Positions 46,176 to 58,513 are shown, counted from the first letter of the stretch. The stretch is 64,000 bases of DNA from Scyliorhinus canicula (GCF_902713615.1 NC_052153.1:28225323-28289322), one strand, 5' to 3'. The notes: generated by a model from the sequence alone, not told the origin. Translations and numbers: made by a program.

Positions 46176-47171
46176 ATATACACTTCTTAAAAATCAAACA
46201 CCAAAGCTGTGAACAGTTTGGTTCCCCATGAGGTAGTCGTCAAGGAAGGGGATAAAAATGATTCCTTCAATGTAGACACATGTGTATGCATATATGCATT
46301 GGGATGGGTGAAAGAGGTATGATTTTCAACATGCTATTAAAGCTTAATTTTATCCAAAGTGGTTAACACTATCATTTGACATTTTATTCTCAAGTATGAG
46401 CAAACATCACACGAACAAAGATCTATTCAGTACTTCAAATAGCGATAAGCATTTCCGTCTAGGATTTCAACTTCCAAATTTACATCTCAGCTATTTGTAA
46501 TATAAAATACTTTTCTTACAAAGTATATGCAAATTCTGGTAATTGATTAAATAAAATGTATTTAACCAACAACAATTGATGCCATTTCAGTTTTAATTAG
46601 CAGAATGAAGCAATAAAGTATGAAGAAACAGAGACTGATACAGTCTTGTGTGACTATTATCTCCAAAGCCCATGGGTAGCAATACAATATGCAAACTAAA
46701 TCAGATTCATCGTATTTCACCACCTGCATGATAGAGGAAAAGATTGAAAGGTAGAGCAATGGAGAAGTTCATTTACAGATAACAGTGACACCTACTGTAC
46801 TGTTTTAATAATGTCAATTCTTTGTTCAAAAGCAAACTGATCTGATGAGTGAAGCCTTCCCAAATTAACTGCAAACCAAAGTACAACAGAACACAAGACA
46901 ATGCAAGCAAACTGCCCAATATTCAAGAGAAGACAAGAGATTGAAAGTCAAATACCCATGAAATGTATGTTTTTTCCTGGGCCCTGTCAAGGAACAAGTA
47001 GATCTATTGGCTCTGCACAAAGTTACATCGAGATTTTTATGTTGGTTCATTTACAGTACTGACTTGTTACAAGGCTATTCCCGTTTATGTTTTAAAAATG
47101 ATTTTTCAACTGACAATTGACTTGAAATTTTGCAAACTGCTTAAACATACAAGGTTATATTCCAAGGTGGA

Positions 47172-47721
47172 TGTGAGAAACAAAGAAATCACCTCAGGGA
47201 AGTGTAAAGAGAGGGAGAGAGACATTTCCTATAACCCAGATACCCATTGAAACTCATAACTGACTAAGGAAGAGACATTAACAGTGCAAAGTACTGGATA
47301 TTGAAACAATGGCTGCCACAGATGGACATACCCAAAACATCTTGGAAGTATATAATGGGTGAAGTATTTCAGCGCAGGACTGCCCAGCTACTAGAGCGGT
47401 TGCAAGTGAGACGAGGAATAACCAAAAAGCATTCAGCAGAGGGAAACAAGTTGAAATCTGCTTTTACTCCTGTTACTTTTAAACAAGCGTGCCACTTGGT
47501 ATTTGTGTGTGTGTGTGTGTGTGCGCACGCGTGCATGTGCACATGCATGTGCATGTGTGTGTGTTTGATTGCCTCCTTATTGATCACAGCTTAAATAGTT
47601 AAATACCTTCTGCTTTGGAAAAGTCATATCCTTATCAAAAAGAAACATAAACATTCGTTATGACCAAATTATGAAGCTGAATAGAGGGAATCCAGTTAAC
47701 CCCCCCTGACCTGGTTGTAAC
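47172..47721 (+). mobile_element. Possible old solo LTR containing a (TG)n/alternating purine-pyrimidine tract at 47504-47564
   Basis: Begins TGTGAG and ends GTTGTAACA; no TSD found. Confidence 0.35.
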
Positions 47722-47984
47722 ATACTGAAAATAGAAAGCTCTATTATATTCTGTCCTTGTCAATTTCACTGTGGTTTGGAGTTGCTATGGAATTTCACTC
47801 AATCTTGCCAGATGAACAGAATTAATTTTGAGCCAGTATATTAAATTACATTGTAGCAAAAAATGAAAAATCACAGGCGTTAACAAATGCTAATGTTTCT
47901 ACATTTGAAAATTAATCCCACTCATAGCATTTTTCTTTCTCAGCCGTATACACGTTTGTTGAGAATTGTGAAAAATCTCCTTCA

Positions 47985-48300
47985 ATGTCTATCATGCTTA
48001 CCTACTTTTAACCTATTTCCCAGTCCAATTCTTCTTCTTTACCTTAAAAGGTTAGGACCCTAGATTCAGACCACATTTCTCACCCTGAAACTGAATGTTA
48101 AATTCGATCATGATGTGATCATTCCTGCACAGAGAATCCATGACTATGAGGTCACTAATTAATCCTGTCTCATCACACATTACCAGGACTAAAATAGGCT
48201 CTTCCTTGGTTGGTTCCAGAACATATTGTTCGAAGAAACTGCCCAAAATGTAGCCTCTGAACTCATCCTCCAGGCGACCTTTTCCCTGTTGCATATAGAC
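47985..48300 (-). mobile_element. CR1 endonuclease fragment
   Basis: FFEQYVLEPTKEEPILVLVMCDE..LCRNDHIMIEFNI resembles the CR1 APE C-terminal motif. Confidence 0.75.
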
Positions 48301-50268
48301 GTTCATGCTAATAGTCCCAACGCAGGATCCATCTCTCTGTAATAATCGAAGGATGGGTGACCACCAAGTTCAGCAACTAAACAAACTATTTATAAGAAGG
48401 ATAAACTATGCAGAGTATAAGAAATGTGCCGCCGATGATTTAGACTCCAATCCCAGACTGGCTGGAAAAACCGGCACTCAGCTCCAGAATCGATGCTCGC
48501 CAGCCCGATTTGCTGATCGGATCACATGATCCCTCCTGAAACCTTGCATTCTTAAAGGGGTTCGCTACTACATCCCTCGTCCCTTATTACCACAGTCAAA
48601 CATTGTTAAACCGTTAGCAATAAAGCAACAATAAACAAGTTCTTCAGCACAGCCCATCATAAGTTCAGCGTGTCCGGCGACTTTCTCTTCCGCTGGGAGT
48701 GACAGAGTTCAGCAGGTGATGTCTTTGCAGCAGAGGTAGCTTCGTTTTGACTTTCAGAATAGACTCTCAGCTTGTAAAGGTGCATCTGTGCTGCTTACTC
48801 CTTCAGTTCCCGCAGGAACACTACTTGACCCTTCCTCAGGTTGACTTGCTTCTATACGTCCTTCACTCACAACATCGTTACCGGCAGGTATAATCGGGGC
48901 ACCACTGATTCTCAATTTGACTCCCTTCTTCTCAAGTGGTCTCAAGGCTTTTTTAGGATTGTATCTTGACCTTCCACCTCATCTGAACCTAGTCCTGCGA
49001 CAACGTCTGGGACCCAACCCAGTCAGGTCCCAAAATCTTTCACATATACTAGATCATCTTTGAATGTTCTCTCAATTCTTGTTTGATCGGGATTCTTCTT
49101 TTGAAAACTTTGCCTCCATCCTCTCTGCCAAATTGGGAAACAGCAGATCCAACCTAGTCCTCATACCCTCACATGTCTATCTTTTAGCAACTCGGCAGGA
49201 GTAACTAAAGTGGTCAGAAGAACAAAGAAAAGTACAGCACAGGAACTGGCTCTTCAACTCTCCAAGTCTGCAACCATCATGCTGCCCATCTAAACTAAAA
49301 CCTGTTACACTTCCGGGGTCCATATCCCTCTATTCCCATCCTAATCATTTATTTGTCAAGACGCCCGTTAAATGTCATCATTGTACCTGCTTCCACCACC
49401 TCTTCCGGCAGCGAGTTCCAGGCACCCACTACCATCTGTATAAAAACTTCCCTTATCTCTTCTAAACTGTGCCCCTCACACCTTAAACCTATGTCACCTA
49501 GTAATTGACTCTTCCCCACTGGGAGAAAGCTTCTAACTATCCATTTTGTCCATGCACCTCATAATTTTGTAGACTTCTATCATGTCTTCCCTCAACCTTT
49601 TGTCGTTCCAGTGAGAACAAGTCAAGTTTATCCAACCTCTCCTCATAGCTAATGCCCTCCATACCAGGCATCATCCTGGTAAACCTCTTCTGTACCTTCT
49701 CCAAAGCCTCCACATCCTTCTGATAGTGTGGCGACCAAAATTGAACACTATATTTCAAGTGTGGCCTAACTAAGATTCTGTACAGCTGCAGCATGACTTG
49801 CCAATTTTTATAATCAATGCCCCAGCCGATGAAGGCAAGCATGCCGTCTGCCTTCTTGATTACCTTCTCCAACTGCATTGCCACTTTCAGTGACCTGTGG
49901 ACCAGTATATGTTATTCTCTAAGTCTGAATAAAGATTGTAGACTTCCTTAACACAAATACTTTATTCAGGCGGTTCGTTCTGTTTCCAGAACTTAACTAG
50001 ATATAATACAGTCAAGACGTATGACCAGTGAAACTAATGTAAACTGCCTATGCTGAGCTGTCTCTGTCTGCTGCTGCTCACTAGCCTTGTGTTTCTGAAA
50101 GAGGTGGATCTTCCCTTAGGCTGGACCCTTTATACCCGTCTCTGATGCTGCCCTCTAGTGATGCTGTGGCTGTTACGTCTGTGTTGCAGTCCCTGGTGTA
50201 TGTGCAGATGTATGTACAGATGTACAATTCGCTACATCCCCCCCCCCCCCAGTTATTTGACATGTTTT

Positions 50269-52764
50269 CTAGACTAGCCTCAAGAAAACTGTACATAACA
50301 AGTGTTGAGAATATGCAAATCTGCACACTGTGAAAATGATAAAAGTAATACGGAAACCATTAACTGTGTTGTGAGTCCATCGTGAGAAATGTCTATATTT
50401 GTCTTGTGCGTGTGTTGAAGTGTTGGTGACATCAGTCATTTGTGGTGGATTTGATTCCTCTTCTTTGCTTACTTGGTGCTCCTCTTCCAGAGTCATTTCT
50501 GGTTCACTTGAATCATCATTGATTTCTCAGTGCTCCTCTTTTGGAGTCATTTCAGGTTCATTTGAATCATCTGTGATCTCTTTGTGCTCCTTTTCTGGAG
50601 TCAAAATCTTCACAATTTCATTTTGTTGTGGGCCGTGATGCTCCATTTCTGGAGTCAAAATCTTCAAGATTTCTATTGACGTGGTCTCTCTGGACTCATG
50701 GGTGCCGTCCTCTGATTATTGAGTGCTTCTGTGCAGACGAGCTGAGATATGTCAGTCTCGATGTGATCCTGCACATCCTGTATGGGAATTGTGATTTCTT
50801 TGTCACTTGTCTCACATACAGTGGGTAGACATTCAGTGTCTTCTTCTGGTGGCTTGAATAAGCTTGATAGATCTTCATGGTCTTGTACATGCATGGCGTT
50901 GGCTATGGAGTGTTTGCTTGCTTCCATTTTTAAGTCTGCCACCGAGCTGTCTGTGGAGGCTTGCATCACTCTTTTTGTGGAGGCTTGCGTCGCTCTCTTT
51001 GTGGAGGCTTGCATCGCTTGCTTTGTGGAGGCTTGTGTCCCTCTCTCTGTGGAGTCCTTCATCACTTTCCCTGTGGAGTTTGTCATTGCTCTCTCTATGG
51101 AGTCCTTCATCGCTCTCTTTCTGTGGAGTCCTTCATCACTCTCTCTGTGGAGTCCTTCATCACTCTCTCTGTGGAGTCCTTCATCGCTCTCTCTGTGGAT
51201 TCTGTCATTGTTCTCTTTGTGGAGTCGTGCAGTGTATCGCTGTAGAGTTGATTTGTGCTCTCTTAACGGAGTCGTTCTGTACTCTCTGTGTGGCGTCGTC
51301 TTTGTCTTGGGTATTGATGTCATCCAATGTATCGACGATCTGCCATGGCACCATGGTATTGGATTCATCTACCATGAGCAGAGGCATATTGAGTGTTTCA
51401 ACCATGTTGCTGCTGCTGTGATTAGGATCTCCGAATAACTCAGCCATGTCTGAGTAGTAATGTGTGTATTGCTCAATAGACAAATCATCGCTTTTTGTTT
51501 CGGAGTTGTGATCGTCTTTTCATATTCAATGAACAAATCATCTTCTTGTGTGGAGTCTGGGACCCTTCGTGGTGCGTGGACACTCTGTTTCTTGGCGTCA
51601 GGCCGCAGCATAATCCTGCACTCACGTGTCAGGATGTCATATATGCAGGGCTAAAGATCCTCAAATCCGAAGAACTCATCGCCGGGGTCTTCACGGTACA
51701 ACACCTCTAGTTGCGGTTCGGATTTGGTACTGGAGTAGCCATCTCCCAAAATGAAATCTTTGTCTGAGTCGTAGTCTACAAGGACCATATCATCTTCTAG
51801 GGCGGTGCTAACTGCTTGTTCCAGGGTGTTGGGAAAGTTATTTTCAACTGCTGAGGTAAGTCCGGGCATTGTTCTTTCTTTTGAGGCAAGAAAATTGGGT
51901 TTTGCAGCTTTAAATTTCTTTTTGTTCATTTTTGTGCATTTCCCTTTTAAGTGGGCGTGGTCCTGGTCCTCTGACATCATGACGCTCGTGACGTCATGCG
52001 TAGGACTCAATTGCCCATGCGCACTCCGAGTTTCCTGTACTGTGCACTCTTTTCGCAACTGCTCATATGCGGCTCCTTTCTCAAGATGGCTGCTGCTCAG
52101 TACCGCCATCTTCCTCCGATTCAACCTTGCCTCCGCCTCGTGGTGAGTGTTCACGCCATTTTTGCCGATTTTGTTTTCTAAATGATGATTCTGTGTTTGT
52201 AGAGAGTCAAAGTATTGATTTTGTTTTTGTTCATAAGCAAGGCATTTTTGTATCGCGATTTCTAGAGCTAGATACTTATTTTGCGAAAGTCCTTCCCTCA
52301 AATTTTCATCAGATAGTCCAGAAATGAATTGATGCATTATCACAGTGTCTCTGAAATCAGCATAATCACAGCCTTGTGGTATTAACTTGAGATTTGTAAT
52401 AAAATCAGAGATGGGCCTTCTGTTTCTCTGACAAGGGTTAAATCCTTCTAGCATCTTACCAGACTGACTGTAACAGCGTTCATCAATTTCTTTTGATTAT
52501 AACTTCTACTTTGGTGTTGTCCTCACCTTCTAAGTAATTAAAGCAAATATAGATTTCTCTAGCTTCATGCCCTCCTGTTGAGAGTAGTAGGGCTATTTTT
52601 GTTGCGTCAGAGGCAGTGCTTAAATCATTAGCTGTGATAAATATTTGGAACAGCTGTTCAAACATTTTCCAGTGATAACTTAAATTACGGGTTGTTTCCA
52701 GCGGCCATGGAGTTCCAACAAGTTCCATCGAATCAGTTAGTCGTTGAGGATCCATTTGCTGCAA
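50269..52764 (-). pseudogene. gag: Gag followed by a long acidic, repeat-containing extension; disrupted by a few stops and frameshifts
   Basis: WKMFEQLFQIFITANDLSTASDATKIALLLSTGG..ISDFITNLKL..CDY..FISGLSDENLREGL..LALEIAIQKC is Gypsy capsid-like. Successive ORFs (51651-52454, 51369-51611 in the same frame, 51205-51483, 50673-51368, 50269-50496) tile the rest of the internal region. Confidence 0.8.
50952..51230. repeat. About 12 x 24-bp tandem repeat (TGTGGAGTCCTTCATCACTCTCTC-like) inside the gag-only element
   Basis: TGTGGAG recurs every 24-25 bp; translates as ESDEGLHR or QASTKRAM depending on frame. Confidence 0.9.
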
Positions 52765-54179
52765 AGTCTTCCACAGTCGAATATCCGGTTTAAGTTTTTC
52801 TTCTCTTGCTGGTGCCTAGCTTGCTTTCTGAAATAAAGCCTGGTACAATATGTTATTCTCTAAGTCTGAATAAAGATTGTAGACTTCCAGTTAATACAAA
52901 TACTTTATTCAGTCGGTTTGTTCTATTTCCAGAACTTAACTAGATATAATACAGTCAAGAGATATGACCAGTGAAGCTAAGGAGCTAAGGTAAACTGCCT
53001 ATGCTGAGCTGTCTCTGTCTGCTGCTGCTCACTAGCCTTGTGCCTCTGAAAGAGGTGGATCTTCCCTTGGGCTGGACCCTTTATACCCGTCTCTGATGCT
53101 GCCCTCTAGTGATGCTGTGGCTGTTGCATCCGTCTGTAGTCCCTGCTGTATGAGCAGATGTATATACAGATGTACAGATCACTACACTGTATACACAGAT
53201 CCCTCTGTCTGTCAATACTCTTCAGGGTTCTGCCGTTTACGGTATATTTCCCACCTGCATTAGACTCCCATTACCCAGACTGGCTGAGAAAACGGACGCT
53301 CAGCTCCAGGATGTGAGAACTCCGGACCAATTGGCCGATCAGGTCACATGACCCACCTCCCCCAAAACCTTGCCCCTTAAAGGGGCTTGCAACCAAATTC
53401 AGTTTCTTCATACCTTATTGTTGCATTCTGTGAATTAAAACTGAATTGATTTCAGTTGTTAGTTGAATATATTTTATTTAGTCAGTTACCACAATTGATA
53501 TATAACAGTGTTTATGTACACACAGTTGAGATGTAAATCTGAAAGGTGAAATCCTAGACAAGAATGATTACTGCTACTTGAAATACTTAATTATTTTTGA
53601 AATTGAGAGAACTCATTTATCATATTTGTTAGTGCGATGTTTGTGTAATTCTTGAGAATAAAATGTCAAATTATAATATTAATCGCTTTGGATAAATGAG
53701 GCTATTATATATATTTTTTGCAGATTCGCTCCCCTTTGGAACACTATAAGTTTGATTTTTCCGAGTTCGCACAGCCAATAAGGAATCTTTCCCCCAACCA
53801 TGCATATTTGGAAATGTGTTGATGCTGCCTGTCAACCTGTTGAGTTAAATGGCCAGTGGCCAAAGCTGCCTAATATCATTGCAAACTCATAAAGCTGACC
53901 CGTGAAGTCACCTTTCCTCGCTTGAATAGCTTTAATTCATTTTGCTTTTAGGTTTTCTTGAGTCTCGGAGATTGCTGGCTCCCTTAACGTTTCTTTCAGT
54001 TCCCAATAGAAGATATTCTCTATCACATCGGTATTTTAACTCATGCCGACGAATACATCCAAAATCTATATGAAGAAGAAAGAAAAGTAGAAATATAGCC
54101 CAGAGCACTAAAAGCCACAAATGATATTGACTCCCACACCTTTTCCAATACACACAGTCCTCCATCCACATGTATATAT

Positions 54180-55275
54180 GCTATGTATAAAACAGGTTTC
54201 ACTGGTTAAAAGGCTCATCCTGTTCCTGTGATACTTCTCCCTATGAGAAGTCCATAAAAAGAGGCCATGAAAAGTGCAGTATTACAAGGAAGGTTTTAAC
54301 CATATTGATGGAACTAGGAACAATCTGCTTTCATGAAGGAGTCTGTTGAAATCTTTGAAAACAACAGGTAAAGAAATCAACACTGGGGAAGGAAACACTT
54401 TTTGAATTACGAGTAGGTTGAGTGAAGGGAACAGTCTGGCTCTAAAGAGTTAAATAATCTGTCATAATATACACACAAGTATATTGTGAGCAGTTTCTAA
54501 GAATTATATGGTCCAGAAGCAGTTAGGGAACAGGCAATTTGCTAATATGTAATGAGACAGGATATATTCATGGCCTTATAGTAAAGGATCCTCTGTGTAG
54601 AAGCCATCATAACATGAGAGAAATTCACATTCAGTTGGATGAAAAAAAATGTGGGTCTGAAACTGGTGTCTGAAACATAAATAAAGCCAGTTACAAGATT
54701 TTGAGGAGACAGTTGGCTAAAGTGGATTTGGAAATAGGTTAAAAGATAAGAATGTAGAGAAAACATTTGACAACTCTCAGGAAACTTATTGAGAAAGAAA
54801 GACGCTGTGAGAAAGATTAATCATCCCTGGCAACCAAGGAAGATGGTATCAACTTAAAAGAAAAGGCCGACAATACTAGAAAACAATGTGAGAATTGAGG
54901 ACATTTTAGAAACCAGCAAAGGATGGTTAAAAAATAATTAGAAATTGGAGCATGAGAAAAGGGAGGGACTTAAAACAATCAAAATTACAAGAGAAATGTC
55001 TTAGGAAAATCAAAGGGAACTAAAGGCTGAAAAATCACCTGGAACGGATGGTTGGCATCTTAAGGTCTTCAGAGAAGAGACTGCAGAGATAATGGATGCA
55101 TTGTTTATAATCTTCCAAAATTCACTAGACTCTGGTCAGGTCTCATTAGATTGGAAAGTCGCAAATGTAACACTGCTATTCAAGAAAGGAGAAAGACAGA
55201 AATCAGGAACCAAAAGTCACTTAGTCTAGCATTTGTCATTGGGAGAATGCTAGACTCCAGCTGTAAGAAAGTAAT
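54180..55275 (+). mobile_element. Old CR1 ORF2 fragments
   Basis: KSPGTDGWHLKV..IIFQNSLDSG..DWKVANVTLLFKKG. Confidence 0.75.
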
Positions 55276-55805
55276 AGAATCCACAGAATCTCTACAGTGC
55301 AGAAGAAGGCCATTCGGCCCATCAAGTCTGCATCATCCCTCTGAAAGAGCACCCTGACAAGGTCCACTCCTCCGCTCTATCGCCGTAACCCCACCTAATC
55401 GGAGTCTGCACTTTCTCTCCGTGTCTGCGTGAGTTTCCTCCGGGTGCTCCGGTTTCCTCCCACAAGTACCAAAAGACATGCTGTTAGGTAATTTGAACAT
55501 TCTGAATTCTCCCTCAGTGTACCTGAACAGGTGCCGGAATGTGGCAACTAGGGGATTTTCACAGTAACTTATTTGCAGTGTTAATTTAAGCCGACTTGTA
55601 ACAATAATAAAGATTATTATTATTAACCTGCACATCTTTGGACAAGAAGGGGCAATGTTTTATGCATAGTCAATCCACCTAACCTGAACACATTTGGACT
55701 GTGGGAGGAAACTTGAGCACCCGGAGGAAACCCAGACAGACACAGGGAGAACTTGCAAACTCCACACAGTCACCCAGCACCGGAGTTGAATCCGGGTCCC
55801 TAGAG
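55275..55805. mobile_element. SINE-in-SINE: minus-strand HE1-type SINE interrupted at ~55400-55622 by a plus-strand SINE with an (ATT)n tail
   Basis: The outer CCCACCTAA|CCTGCAC is split, with TAA duplicated. Confidence 0.8.
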
Positions 55806-55984
55806 ATGCCGAACTAGTTGAAACTCCTTCCAACAGCAGGAGCAAACCCACCCACAAGTATGTTCATCCCATTCAGATCCAGGTGCACAGTATGTGCACA
55901 AGATTCTTTTTCTTACAGGTTCCTTGCACTTGTACATTCATTCTGAATAAAAAGCTGAAGTTCTCGAGAAAACGAAAATACAAA

Positions 55985-56490
55985 CATACGTAGGAACTTA
56001 CAAACTGGGAGCGGGAGTAGGTCACCCAGCCTTTTTGAGCTTGCTCTGGCAATAAGATCTGTTCTCATTGTAACCTCAAGCCCACAATCCTGCCTACCCC
56101 TGATCGAATTGCTCCTCATCTCTGTCTTAAATGTGTGACCCCTTATTTTTAAACAGTGACCCATCGTTCTCGGTTCTCTGGCAAGAGGAAACATCCTCCC
56201 ACGCCCATTCTGTCAAGTCTCCGCAAGATCTTTAAAGTTTCAACCAAGTTGCCTCTTACTCTTCTAGACTCCAATGAATCCAAGCCAACCTTTCCTCATA
56301 AGACAACTATTCCAGGTATTAGACTAATAAACCTGTTCTGAACTGCATCGAACAAATTTGCATGTTTCCTTAAATAAGGAAATGAATATTGTGTACAGTA
56401 TCCTGATGTCACCTCACCAGTGCCCATAAAACTGAGCATAAACTCCTGATTTTTGTAATCAATTCCCCTCATAATAAACAACAACAATTT
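55985..56490 (-). mobile_element. CR1 3' fragment
   Basis: MFPLAREPRTMGHCLKIRG; RGIDYKNQE..AVQNRFISLIPG. Confidence 0.75.
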
Positions 56491-56573
56491 TCTGTTAAAA
56501 TTACAGCAGATGATGTGTACAGTTTGATGACAATGACATCAAAAACACAATTTAAAAAAATATTCTTCCAGAT

Positions 56574-56857
56574 CATAGAATCCCTGCAGTGCAGAAGGAG
56601 GCCATTTGGCCCATCGAGTCTGTACCGACCCTTCGAACGAGCACTCTACCCATATCCATTCACCCAACCACCCCTCCCGAACCCCGTAACCCCATAACCT
56701 GACCCATATACCTTTGTGGGAGGAAACCGGAGCACCTGGAAGAAACCCACGCAGACACGGGGAGAATATACAAACGCCACACAGAGATGACTCAAGGCTG
56801 GAATTGAACCCGGGTCCCTGGCGCTATGAGGCAGCAGTGCTAACCACTGTGTCACCG
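56574..56857 (-). mobile_element. HE1-type SINE
   Basis: CATAGAATCCCTGCAGTGCAGAAGGAGGCC ... GTGCTAACCACTGTG. Confidence 0.88.
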
Positions 56858-57719
56858 TTAGTTAGCAAATTAGAAATGAAACAAAGGACAGTCCACCTCC
56901 AACAGTTAATTAATAGTCTTGGGAAGGGGGCGGGGGGGGGGGGGGGGGGGGGGGGGGGAGTATGACAGAACTTAAATCTCCATGATCAAAATACAGCTCG
57001 AAACATCTTTAAGCATTAGTCGAGGCACCAAAGTTATTCTTCACCCATTTCCTGAAAGGCTGTTTCTTTTTTCCTATTTTCCACCAAATTGAAAAGATTT
57101 GACCTCTAGTTATTGTGATAGTATTACCAAATTGGCTGGCTATTTTTAAATCAGATACAACCAAAAATACTAACACAATCCCTATTTCTATAATATACTG
57201 ATGCAAAGGCCAAGCAAGTCCAAAGTCACTAATCAGGGGTATATGCTTCAAAAATACATAGCAGCAGCACAACCAGCACCTGGAAAGAGGTGAAAAAATA
57301 TTTTGTCCCATGATTAGAAATATCAGCCAAAAGAAGGAAATGAAATTGAGGAATAAGAGTTTGTACCAAACTAAGACGGAGACCCAGCCAGGCAAACACT
57401 TTAAACAAAGAATAACTCTTTAGCTGCTCACTTGGCATGCATGCTGATGTAGGGCACATAGTAAAATTTACAATGATATTGTAGCTGGAGGAGCGTAAAA
57501 AATGAATGATTTATGTTCTCTTTAATATGCAGCTCCAGGGAATGTCTAGATGAGTAAATGTAAGTGTACGCGTTCCGATCCAAGCCACTTTTCACCTTCT
57601 GGTCGCATTTTGTGAGGTCATAGCAGAATGCACATCTTCTGTTTTTATCATATCAAATTGTTAGTGAAGGTGCAAGTTATTTTGTAATATTTAATTTTTT
57701 TAAGCATTTTTAAAAATTG

Positions 57720-58370
57720 TTTCATTGCATCACTGAAAAAGCATTTGTTGCCCATCCATAATTGACCTTAAGAAAGTAGTGGTGAACCACCTTCTTGACC
57801 TGTTGCAGTCCAGCTGATATAGATACACCCACAGTGTTGGTAGGAAGGGAGTTCCAGGATTTTGATCAAGCAACAGTGAAGGAATGTTCATACAGTTCTA
57901 GGTCAAGTTGGTTTGAGACCTGGGGGATAAAATGGCAGGCGGTGTTGTTTCTATGCAGTTGCTGCATTGTCCTTCTAGGGACTTGGACGGTGTTGGCAAA
58001 GGAGCTGTGGTGAGTTCTTGCAGTACGTCTTGTCGATACACACTGTTGCCACTGTGCGTTGATGATGGATGAAGTTGGTAGATGGCATGCCGCTCAAGCA
58101 GGCTGTTCTTCCTGGATGGTATCAAGCGTCTTGTTTTAGGAGCTGCACTCATCCAGACAAGTGGAGAGAGTTCCATCACTCACCTGACTTAATAGTGGAC
58201 AGGCTTTGTGGAGAGAGGAGGTGAGTTACTCGCCACGGAATCCCCAGGCTCTGATCTGCTCTTGTAGCCACAGTATTTATATGGCTGGTCCAGTTCAGTC
58301 TCTGGTCAATGCTAACCCCCAGGATATTGATAGTGCAGTATTCAATGATTAGAATGCCATTGAATTTCAT
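57720..58370 (-). mobile_element. CR1/L2-type LINE 3' fragment
   Basis: TINILGVSIDQRLNWTSHINTVATRA; same family as 59890-60220. Confidence 0.7.
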
Positions 58371-58513
58371 CGTCCTGAAGCCTACAAGCTGTGTATTTTA
58401 AAACATTTTCAGAGCACTGTGTCAGTCTGCATGATGTGCTGCCAGGAAATGAAAATGATTGTTGCATTACTCAGCTATGAGCTGTGGGTGTGGGCTCATG
58501 AGGTGCGGGGAAC

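Larger units (their letters stand above)
49908..53186 (-). mobile_element. Complete non-autonomous, gag-only Gypsy-type LTR element (3279 bp)
   Basis: LTRs 49908-50236 and 52849-53186 (about 90-93% identical by eye) with TATAAA and AATAAA on the minus strand. PBS-like TTGTACCAGG; PPT G13A at 50237-50250; near-TSD CAGTA/CTGTA. No protease, RT, RNase H or integrase motifs. Confidence 0.92.
49220..53262 (-). mobile_element. CR1 LINE 3' fragment (49220-49907 and 53187-53262) split by an LTR element
   Basis: KKADGMLAFI..LYRILVRPHLKYSVQFWSPHYQKDVEALEKVQKRFTRM; the sequence is continuous across the insertion. Confidence 0.9.
48302..53395 (-). mobile_element. Older Gypsy element (3' LTR 48302-48572, PPT, integrase tail to ~49215; partial second LTR 53262-53395) hosting a CR1 and a younger LTR element
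   Basis: 48442-48572 aligns with 53262-53395 (AGACTCC..CCCAGACTGGCTG..CTCAGCTCCAG..TCACATGA..CTTAAAGGGG). The minus strand reads TPAELL..RTRLDLLFPNL..DLVYVKDFG. Confidence 0.75.

Noticed and set aside
50782-51438. Plus-strand hydrophobic ORFs (218 aa, 185 aa) as an env or antisense membrane protein
   Set aside because: They are antisense translations of the purine-rich 24-bp repeat, with no signal peptide, furin site or other env hallmark.
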